From Squalus acanthias (Eukaryota), in assembly GCA_030390025.1 (NCBI GenBank), contig CM059431.1, positions 132,434,001 to 132,498,000 on the forward strand: a DNA stretch of 64,000 bases, written 5' to 3'. Under the pieces are notes generated by a model, which saw nothing but the letters and a program-made list of their open reading frames with translations, did not search any database and was not told the origin of the DNA. The translations under genes and the position numbers were made by a program. Positions 36,568 to 47,171 of the stretch are shown here, one piece after another; the stretch's first letter is position 1; each line of letters begins with the position of its first letter.

Positions 36568-39500
36568 TGGATGTGGGCGTCGCTGGCAAGGCCAGCATTT
36601 ATTGCCCATCCCTAATTGCCCTTGAGAAGGTGGTGGTGAGCCGCCTTCTTGAACTGCTGCAGTCCGCGTGGTGAAGGTACTCCCATAATGCGCTTAGGAA
36701 AAGAGTTCCAGGATTTTGACCCAGCGATGATGAAGGAACGGTGATATATTTCCATGTCAGGATAGTGTATGACTTGGAGGGGAACTTGGAGGTGGTGGTG
36801 TTCCCATGCACCTGCTGCCCTTGTCTTTCTAGGTGACAGAGGTCGTGGGTTTGGGAGGTGCTGCCGAAGAAGCTTTGGGGTGTTGCTGCAGTGCATCTTG
36901 TAGATGGTACACACTGCAGCTATGGTGCGCCGGTGGTGGAGGGAGTAAATGTTTAAGGAGGTGGATGGGGTGCCAATCAAGCGGGCTGCTTTGTCTTGGA
37001 TGGTGTTGATCTTCCTGAGTGTTGTTGGAGCTGCACTCATCCAAGCAAGTGGAGAGTATTCCATCACACTCCTTACTTGTGCCTTGTAGATGGTGGAAAG
37101 GCTTTGGGGAGTCAGGAGGTGAGTCACTCACTGCAGAATGCCTAGCCTCTGACCTGCCCTTGTAGCCACAGTTAAGTTTCTGGTCAATGGTGACCCCCAG
37201 GATGTTGACGATGGGGGATTCAGCGATGGTAATGCCGTTGAATGTCAAGGGGAGGTGGTTAGACGCTCTCTTGTTGTAGATGGTCAGTGCCTGGCACTTG
37301 TGTTGTGCAATCATTAGCGAACATCCCCACTTCTAACCTTATGATGGAGGGAAGGTCATTGATGAAGCAGTTGAAGATGGTTGGGCCTAGGACACTGCCC
37401 TGAGGAACTCCCGCAGTGATGTCCTGGGGCTGAGATGATTGACCTCCAACAACCACAACCATCTTCCTTAGAGCTAGGTATGACTCCAGCCAGTGGAGAG
37501 TTTTCCTCCTGATTCCCATTGATGTCAATTTTACCTGGGCTCCTTGATGCCACACTCGGTCAAATGCTGCCTTGTTGTCAAGGGCAGTCACTCTCACCTC
37601 ACCTCTGGAATCCAGCTCTTTTGTCCATGTTCAGAGCAAGGCTGTAATGAGGTCTGGTGCTGAGTGGTCCTGGCAGAACCCAAACTGAGCATTGGTGAGC
37701 AGGCTATTGGTGAGTAAGTGCCGCTTGATAGCACTGTCGACGACACCTCCCATCACTTTGCTGATGATTGAGAGTAGACTGATGGGGCGGTAATTGGCCG
37801 GATTGGATTTGTCCTGCTTTTTGTGGACAGGACATACCTGGGCAGTTTTCCACATTGTCGGATAGATGCCAGTGTTGTAGCTGTACTGGAGCAGCTTGGC
37901 TAGAGGCGCGGCTCATTCTGGAGCAGAAGTCTTCAGCACGACAGCCGGGATGTTGTCGGGGCCCATAGCCTTTGCAGTATCCAGTGCGCTGAGCCGTTTC
38001 TTGATATCATGTGGAGTGAATCGAATTGGCTGAAGACTGGCTTCAGTGATGGTGGGGACTTCAGGAAAAGGCCGAGATGTATCATCCATTCGGCACTTCT
38101 GGCTGAAGATGGTTGCAAACGCTTCAGCTTTGTCTTTTGCAGTCGTGTGCTGGGCTCCACCCTCATCGAGAATGGGGATGTTCATGAAGCCTCCTCCTCC
38201 CATTAATTGTTTAATGGTTCACCACCATTCACGACTGGATGTGGCAGAACTGCAGAGCTTTGATCTGATCCGTTGATTGTGGTATCGCTTAGCTCTCTCT
38301 ATAGCATGCTGTTTCCACTGTTTAGCATGCATGTAGTCCTGTGTTGCAGCTTCCCCAAGTTGGCACCTCATTTTTAGGTACGCCTGGTGCTGCTCCTGGC
38401 ATGCTCTTCTGCACTCCTCTTTGAACCAGGTTTGGTCACCTGGTTTGATGGTAATGCTAGAGTGAGAGTTATATGCCAGGCCATGAATTAACAGATTGTG
38501 GTGGAATACAATTCTGCTGCTGCTGATGGCCCACAGCGCCTCATTGATGCCCAGTTTTGAACTGCTAGATCTGTTCTGAATCTATCAGAATGCTGTCATG
38601 GACAGATGCATATGTGACAGGTAGATTGGTGAGGACGAGGTCAAGTAGGTGTTTCCCTCGTGTTGGTTCTCTCACCACCTGCCGCAGTCCTAGTCTGAAA
38701 GCTATGTCTTTCAGGACTCAGCTAGCTCGGTCAGTAGTGGTGCTGCCGAGCCACTCTTGGTGATGGACATTGAAGTCCCCCACCCAGAGTACATTCAGTG
38801 CTCTTGCTACCCTCAGTGCTTCTTCCAAGTGGTGTTCTACAAGGAGGAGTACTGATTCATCAGTTGAGGTAGGGTGGTAGGTGATAATCAGCAGGCGGTT
38901 TCCTTGCTCATGTTTGACCTGATGCCATGAGACTTCATGGGGTCCGGAGTCAATGTTGAGGACTCCCAGGACCACTCCCTCCCGACTGTATACCACCGTG
39001 CCGTCACCTATGGTGGGCCTGTGCTGCCGGTGGGACAGGACATACCCAGGGATGTTGATGGAGGAAGCTGGGACATGAGCTGAAAGGTATGATTCTGTGA
39101 GTATGACTATGTCAGGCTGTTGCTTTACTAGTCTGTGGGACAGCTCTCCCAATTCTGGCACAAATCCCCAGATGTTAGTGAGGAGGACTTTGCAGGGTCG
39201 ACTGGGCTGGATGTGCCGTTGTCGTGTTCGAAGCCGGTGCCTTGGTCGATGCCGGGTGGTCCGTTCGGGTTTATTCTTGTTATTGTTTCTTGTAGCAGTT
39301 TGTTACAACTGAGTGCCTTGCTTGGCCATTTCAGAGGGCAGTTAAGAGTCAACCACATTGCTGTGGGTCTGGAGTCACATACAGGCCAGACCAGGTAAGG
39401 ACGGCAGATTTTCTTCCCTAAAGGACATTAGTGAACCAGATGGGTTTTTTACAACAATCCGGTAGTTTCACGGTCACATTACTGATACTAGCTTTTTATT

Positions 39501-39604
39501 CCAGATTTATTTAATTAACTGAATTTAAATTCACGTCTCTGGATCAGTTAGTTCAGGCCTCTGGATTACTAATCCAGTAACATAACCACTATGTTACCGT
39601 TCCC
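36568..39604 (-). mobile_element. Full-length tRNA-headed, single-ORF CR1-group LINE (SINE-like head, Arg-rich leader, APE, RT); decayed copy
   Basis: tRNA-like arms at 39561-39597. ATG at 39329 is in frame with VLLTNIWG, ILTESYL and VGDFNVHH (APE). RT motifs NYRPISLLS, AFDRVWH and GVPQGSVLGP. C-terminal HHHLLKGN. No ORF1. Confidence 0.88.
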
Positions 39605-41995
39605 ATGGTGGAAGGATGGATGCTGTCATCCTGAGAGAGGAGAGCAGGCTCGTGCTCCATGGAGCCACTGCCACTCCCCAGGGGTGACACCTCAGCAATC
39701 TGTTAGAGAACAAATTGCTGGACTGCTGTGACACCTTGCAAACCCCTTTCAACACTGGTAACTGCAGCCATGATGGCAGCAGTCTGTGCTTGTGTGTAAA
39801 AAGCTGACATTGCATGACTTCAGTCTGAGCTTCCACTGCAGCACTTAGACATTGGGTGGCTTCTGCTTGTGCTGCAATCCCATCTACAAGGCACAAGTCA
39901 GGAGGGTGATGAAATACTCTCCACTTGCCTGGATGAGTGCAGCTCCAACAACACTCATGAAGCTCGACACCATCCAAGACAAAGCAGCCCGCTTGATTGG
40001 CACCCCATCCACCACCTTAAACATTCACTCCCTCCACCACCGACGCACCGTGGCTGCAGTGTGTACCATCTACAAGATGCACTGCAGCAACTCGCCAAGG
40101 CTTCTTCGGCAGCACCTCCCAAACCCATGACCTCTACCACCTAGAAGCACAAAGGAAGCAGGCGCATGGGAACACCACCACCTCCAAGTTCCCCTCCAAG
40201 TCACACACCATCCTGACTTGGAAGTATAACGCCGTTCCTGGGTCAAAATCCTGGAACTCCCTCCCTAACAGCACTGTGGGAGTACCTTCACCACACAGAC
40301 TGCAGCGGGTTCAAGGCGGCGGCTCACCACCACCTTCTCAAGGGCAATTAGGGATGGACAATAAATGCTGGCCTTGCCAGCGACGCCCACATCCCATGAA
40401 CGAATAATTTAAAAAATGGAAGCTGAGACTTCGGCATTCAGACACTGCGTGATGGTTAGGTCCACAAGTGCGCTAATGGACCTGTCCCCCACTTCCACGC
40501 TGGAAAGGATGGGATCCAAGATCTGCGCAAAGCCCTGTGCAAGGTTGGTGCTGGACTTTTCAATGCTCCTTGACATTGCATTCAGGCTTTCTGGCAGGCC
40601 TGCCAATGCACCAAGCATTTCATTGTTCATACCCATCAGCCTTCTTCTGTAGGCCGCCCCATCGAGAACCTCATCTGAGTCCTGTACAGCAGACCATGTG
40701 TATGACCTCGCCCTCCGGGGAACTGGCACCTGCGCTGCCCTTTCCCCCTGCCCTGGGTTCAGCCCACTCGTGCCCGGTGACTCACCACGTGCAGTCTCAG
40801 CCTCTATTCTACCCTGTGAGTGTGAGATCGAGTGACGGTGTTTCTTCATCATCACTGTCTTCTTCCTCTTCTACCACTGCCGATCCAGGTTGGAGTTCTT
40901 GGGTATCTAAAAGGAGAAAGGGGCAAGGGTAGGGTTGTGGTGAGGGGAGGGAGAAAGTAAGAGGTGCATGCTTATACCATCTGCAGCGTGCAAATCGGAA
41001 GAGATTATGGAATGAGGGGGAAATAGGATGTGAGGAGTATTAGGTATGAGCATACCATCATCTTCAATGGTTTCAGCCCCACCGCTGGCCACGAGCTCAG
41101 CCATAGTTGTTCCAATGATGGCGAGTACCATCTCCTCCATGGAGTAAGGACATGCCTGTCCCCCTCTGGTTAGCTGCTGCTGCCTGCGGTTGGACGCCAC
41201 CTTGTCCTGCAAGGAAGAGGGAAATGTGTCAGTGAGTGTGGAGCCATGTGTTTGGTTGATGTGGTTGTCATGGTTGAATAGCTGGCAGTGTGTGCAAGCT
41301 GTAAGATGTGGGTGTGAAGCTTGCAGCAGTAGTAAGTGTGTGAGGGTGAGATGGAGCATATGAATGTGAGGTATGAGTCGTGATTGTTGGTAGGTGAGTG
41401 ATGGGGTGCAGTGCATTGAGCAGTGTGTGAGGCTAGTGGTGCAGTTGGTGGGATATGACATTTGAAGATACATTCACTGGCCTTGACCACTCATGTGAGG
41501 TCATTGAACTTCTTTCGGCAATGCATCCAGGTCCTCCTGCTGACATTTACCTCAACAGCTATCTGCTCCCACTGCCTTCACAGTGTCTGTCTGGAGAGCC
41601 TCCTGGCCCCCTGCGGATAAAGGACCTTTCTGCTCCTGTTCACCTCCAGCACTAAGGCCTCCAATGCTGTGTCAGAGAACCTTGGAGCCCTCTCTCTGGC
41701 ACGTTGTGCCATTCCTGTTTCTTTGCCAGGTCGAACTTACTTTTGGAATGACTTCCAGCGCTTGCTCTCGTCAACCTGCACCTCCCCTTTAAGAGGTGCA
41801 GGTTGGCTTTAAGAGTGCAGGCTAGCTTTAATTGGTGCTAGCCTTGCACGAACTTGGTCCCCCTGCTGAGCGTTCAGCGCTGGGCTGCACGCTGCAATCA
41901 GGTAAATTATCAGGCAGCACGATGTTTGTGTGCGCAGGTTAATTACGCATCGCGATCCAGGTGCCCATTTTTGGGGGCATTCAAATTTTTTGCCT
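39605..41995 (-). mobile_element. Harbinger fragment with spliced Myb gene (ATG about 41712), truncated by the LINE at 39604 and interrupted at 39878-40415
   Basis: Homologous to the Myb genes of 14975-20316 and 20570-25372. End TCAAATTTTTTGCCT. Confidence 0.82.
39878..40415 (+). mobile_element. tRNA-headed LINE family 3' fragment
   Basis: IYKAQVRRVMKYSPLAWMSAAPTT and the complete 3' tail ...GCCCACATCCCATGAACGAATAATTTAAAAAA. Confidence 0.9.
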
Positions 41996-42485
41996 ATTTT
42001 CTGCATATCTCTAGTTGCCCTCAGAATGTGCTCATGGGCATTGTTCTTGAATCACTACAGTCTGTGTGGTGATGATTTTCCCAGAATAGAGAATTCCAAC
42101 AATTTGATCCAGTAATCATAGGATTTTTAACGATGAACTGTATACCATTGTGAACATCTCATAAAAGCATGAAAATTGTAAACAATGGTTCTTCAGGCTC
42201 ATAACAGAAAGCCTTAAGCCAAAAGTGAGCTCGTGATCCAGACAAATAGTCTACATTTGTCAAACTGAGGACTATGGAAACTATTCATCTGAAAGATCCA
42301 TTATTTTTGACTGGGGAGCATTCTGGATTTAACCTTTCTAATTTTGGCTTGTCTGAGATGCAGTCAGAAATTTTACAAGGATCAGGTTCTTTTAAAACAA
42401 ATCAAATTATAAACCTGAATAGGACAACTCATAATGATAACTAAATCATTTAATTCTGTTAGATTTTACTTTTAATTTTGTTATT

Positions 42486-45265
42486 GGCCCCGGTTGCTGT
42501 CACCCCGCAGATGAGATTTTACGTTGATTGACCTCGTTACGGCCGACGTGCGGGTCCATCCAGGCAATTGCTTGCAGAGTGTCAGATGCTCGCGTCTGAT
42601 GACGCGTTGTTTCAGTAAAGATTTAAAGGGGCCATGACCCCTTTGCAGAAGCATTAGCTTTTTTCTGTCAAAAGTGCTGGCTGCTGCAGGAACGGCAGCG
42701 CCAAAAACTAAGGCTGCACCCAGGTACACTGAGGGCTCCCCCCATGCTCTTGTGGAGGGACAAAAATGAGAAGTCGCACAACACCAGGTTATAGTCCAAC
42801 AGATTTATTTAATTTTACAAGCTTGTGGAGGGAGTTAGAGGATGTCAGGAGGTCCTCTTCCCTGGAAACGGAACGAGGAGGCCTCCTCATCAAACCAAGG
42901 CAACTTGGCTGCAAATTGCTGAGGAGGTGAGTTCGAGGTCTGTGTGCAGACGCACATGGGTTCAGTGTCGATAAAGGTTTAACGCTCTGTTGAGATCAGC
43001 TAAAGTGAGTATAACATCTCACTTACCTTCAATCTGCCTTCCATCTCTTATCATCCCCATCAATCTGCATTGGGAACCTTCCCCTGCACATCCCAACTCA
43101 CTGTAACATCCCTTGCACCCTCACCCATCCCTCTCTTTCTCTGTACAGAATCACGTCCCCATCTTGATATGCAACACTCACACCCTTATGCAATGCCTAC
43201 AACTTAAAATGCACAGGGAGGGAAGATGGTTAGTGCACCTCACTCCTTCACAGTCTGCCTCTAAACATCTATGTCATGCATTCTTAACACTCACTCCATC
43301 AGTCTCTCTCAAACTCCACTTGTATCCCTCCCTACAGGAGAAGAGAGCCCACAATAAAAGGGAGAGGGGAAGGACAGAAGGAGGCTCACCTTACGACTGC
43401 TGAGGAGGCAGCCCTGGAGATCGCTGGAGATGCAGAGAAGTTGGCAGTGGGGGATGGAGAGACGGGCATAGAACAGCAAGCTGCTGAGAGAATTGATTTC
43501 CAACCCTCTGATTTAGCAATCATGAGTGATTAAAATGGGATATGATGTTCATAGAGAATGAGTACTGAGCATCTGCACAATGGCATGTATCTGCAACCTA
43601 CATTTCACTTGTCTAACTCGTGCATTTACTCACCCACAGGACCATCGAGAGCCCCGCTCCCCACTGTACAGGAGCACTTCTCAGAGGAGCCACCAGCCTC
43701 TGAGGAAGCAGCATCACCAGCACTCAGCACACCCAGCACCAGCGCAGAGACACACACCTCGGTAGGTTTTGTGCAAGATAGTGTAGTGTTGTCACCTGGT
43801 GTATCACAGCTCACAGGTGAGCAGGAGCAGATGTTGGAGGCAGGGACAGCAGTGGAAAGTCCTCGTTGGAGGATGCTGGGCTCTCCAAGCTCTGCTCAGC
43901 TGCATGTAAACGTTGAGCCTCTGGGGCCATCCAGAAGGAAAGCTGTGCTGGAGCTTCAGGAACAAGTGCAGGAGGCTCTGAGTGGGTTTTTTCCACGGTA
44001 ACTGCGAGTGTGCAGAGATAGGAGGAGTCCAAGCTAAGCATGAGCAATGCCATGGTGAACGCTCTGGGCAATATATGTGCTGCAATGGAAAGGATGGCAA
44101 CCTCCATGGAGAACATAAATCGACAGACTCAGGAGAACATGGTAACACTTCTAAATAGATGGTCATCCATGGAGGATAGATGGGCATCTATTAAGGAGAG
44201 AAACCAGAGGTTCATGGACGTCCTTGTCATGAAGAATGTCAGTACAGTGACGGGTCCACATGGCGCCACCGATGTGCAGCAAGGTGCTCTCCAACAACTT
44301 GCCAGCAGTGAAGTGCGGGTGACACATGAGAGGGACGGTGATGTACGAGCACAAGGAAGTGGGGGCTCTGCTCCAAGCGCTCACACTCCCTTGCCACTGC
44401 CGAACCCTCGGTCAGAGCCCCATCTGCCTGAGGCAACAGGAATGGCTGAGTCTGCCCCTGCACAGCCGCAGAAGGAGCAGACTTTGGCGGGGCCCTCCAA
44501 GGCTCCCAAAACCAGAGGACGGCCACCAAAGGCGTCTAAGCAGGAGCAGCAGGGAGGTGAGCAGCCTGCCGCCACATTTGCTGAAGCCACAGGGATGTTA
44601 CAACGTAGAGCACGCGTAAGACAAAGATGTCACGTTAGTTATCACAAGGGTTCTCACTTGGGTGGTATGATGTAATTATTTGAAAGGTTTTGGTCATAGC
44701 GATGTTTGTAATAAATTGATGTTGATCCAAGGTTTGGCGTCGTTGTGGTGACAACTTGAGGTGGCACAGTTCAGGGTAAGTGCGCCTTTAAAATCCGGCA
44801 ATGCTGGTTGCAGTGCATCTACAGTGCCCACCACAGACTTGCAGAATAAAAGCAGAATCTGCCCCCCAAATGATTCAATCACCAAGCTTAGAGATTTCTA
44901 AGTGACTAGATTGAAGACTGCACCTTTTACTCTGCACTTGCAGCTCTGAAGTCTGCAGCTCGCTGGTGTTCACGCCACACTTACCTGGCGTGTTGTCCGG
45001 ACCTCGTAAAACTCGACCCAGAAGCTGGAAAATCAAAAAAGACCCTGAAAATTGCTCACAAGTACCTGTTAATAGGCAGTTAATTACCTTTAATCTGTTT
45101 CCCGCTGCTAGGTGTCGGGTCCATTCGCAAATCGGGGACCCGACACTTGGGAAGGTTGTGTGGAGTCGGGATGACGGCGGGTTCGCAACCCACCATCAAT
45201 CATTTAGATTTTCACTGCTGACCCGCCTCCAAACCCGTCCTCTGAACGCCGGCAAAATCGTGACC
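42486..45265 (+). mobile_element. Non-autonomous Harbinger with a decayed 3-exon Myb gene (about 42700-44675), related to 10664-13890
   Basis: RTWVQCR*RFNALLRSAK|gtgagt, exon 2 EKRAHNKRERGRTEGG, exon 3 similar to 11842-12909. Termini degenerate. Confidence 0.78.
42761..42821 (-). mobile_element. 61-bp Penelope-like micro-insertion in Myb exon 1
   Basis: 12-bp TSD CTTGTGGAGGGA (42749-42760 and 42822-42833). Sequence matches 35766-35820. Confidence 0.75.
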
Positions 45266-46749
45266 TACGGATGCTGCCTGACCGGCTGAGTATTTGCAGC
45301 ATTTTCTGTCTTCTCAGAGACCTTCCTTTACCATCCAAAGCCTTTCAAGTGTCCAGCAGCACTCCCTGTACTCCCTGCACACTTTAACAACTTTTTAGAT
45401 GTATTGCACTAAGCCACTACTTCAATAAAATAGTAAAAATCCATCCAAAAACTGAAATCCAAACTTACCCGAAAGATGTGTGTGTCCCTTTAAGAACTGC
45501 TGCACGGCTGCTTCACGCACGTTTTTCTGTGTGTATTTAGCACAGGGTGTTATGGTGTACGAGAACGTCCAAAACAACAGTCGTGGCATCAAATCAGGCG
45601 TTGCATGCTGATTGACATCACAATCTGCTTATTTAAATTTGAGAGGCCAGCGCTGTAAACGGGCAGAAGCGAGGCGGCCGCCATTTTTTCAACAAAACCG
45701 GCCTTAACTGATGGCGCTACACCGGGGAATTTCTAGGCCAACATGTTTTTAAGCTAATAAATCAACTATTAAACTTGTATGAATCTGAAGCTAATACCTG
45801 GTAAAATTCCATGGTGTGATAAAAAAACAAATACAAGTAATCATTACATAAGTTGTTATTAATTAATGCTATCACAACAATGTCTATGTTATAATTAATG
45901 TCAACACTGTGCTTCAAAGTGATTTATTGTATGTGAAGTGTTCTGAGCTATTCTGAGAGGCTTGTGCTATAGAAATGCAAGTCTTTGTAAGTATTGTCAT
46001 TGCCATTAAAACATTCTCTAAAATATCTACATTTGCCTAAGTAATAAAGTTGTTACATCCCTCAAAATATTAAGTGGCCGAGAAACCACGCCTGAAGACG
46101 TTGGCCCAAGACATTTTTAACATTTTTAACATTTTGCATTTTTGTTTCCTTTTGCTTGTCTCTTCGGATCTGCTGGTATGCAATTATCTCTCACAATGGT
46201 TAAGTTGTATGAACTGTTTTTCATGGTAGATGTATCTGCTTTTCCACGCAGTCTACTGCTCCCAGTATATCTGTTTTCCTTGGTGGTTTAGTGCCTCTGA
46301 ATGTTCCCTAGCATTCTACCTATTTATATACTGTTACGTTTTAAAGTAAATTTAGGAATTAGATTCATCAAATGAGATTGTCAGATATTTCAAAGTCCAA
46401 ATCTAGCTGAATGACGATCTGTGGTATTCCGAGATATTTGCTTGGTTGAGCAGTGCTAGGGTAGAGCTGATTATGAATCTAGATTTACAGAACATGGGAA
46501 AGTGTTTTTTTCTCACAGGCCTCAAGATGTGGTTTTTCTTTTCTTTTGTTCGATGTTATTAATTCTGAAGCAGTTGATAATATTTTGTGGTCCAAACTCT
46601 GGAATTATATTATTTGGGTGATAGGGGAGGGGATGTTTCTGTAATGCTTATTTGGTGTTTCGAGCAAAATCGTAAGTGTGTTCTTTGAAAATGTTTTTGT
46701 GATTTGACTAGAAATACAAACAGACGAAATCTTCACAAATACATCTACA

Positions 46750-47080
46750 ATTTTTTCATTTATTCATTCATGGGATGTGGGCGTCGCTGGCAAGGCCAGC
46801 ATTTTTATTGCCCATCCCTAATTGCCTTTGAGAAGGTGGTGGTGAGCCACATTCTTGAACCGCTGCAGCCCGTTTGGTGAAAGTACTCCCACAATGCTGT
46901 TTGGGAGGGAGTTACAGGATTTTGACTCAGCAACAATAAAGGAACAGCGATATATTTCCAAGTCAGGAAGGTGTGTGACTTGGAGGGGAAATTGGAGGTG
47001 TTGGTGTTCCCATGTGCTTGCTGCCCTTGTCCTTCTTGATGGTAGAGATTGTGGGTTTGGGAGATGCTGTCAAAGAAGCA
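46750..47080 (-). mobile_element. tRNA-headed LINE family 3' fragment
   Basis: Family 3' tail with (TGAA)n/A-rich end. Confidence 0.85.
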
Positions 47081-47171
47081 TCGAATGTCACATAGCAACC
47101 AGGGGAATTCATACCCACTGCAGCCTCTCAGGCCAAAGAGAATGGTGCACAGTTTGACATCAGAAGTGTCC

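Larger units (their letters stand above)
35365..36568 (+). mobile_element. CR1 LINE 3' fragment with a Penelope-like insertion
   Basis: ORFs 35523-35792 and 35982-36485, (ATTCTATG)n tail. Confidence 0.92.

Noticed and set aside
39540..39604. Possible tRNA-Thr gene
   Set aside because: No T arm or acceptor stem closure. It is a tRNA-derived retroposon head.
46085..46115. CTGAAGA hammerhead-like core
   Set aside because: The GAAA box and stems are not intact.
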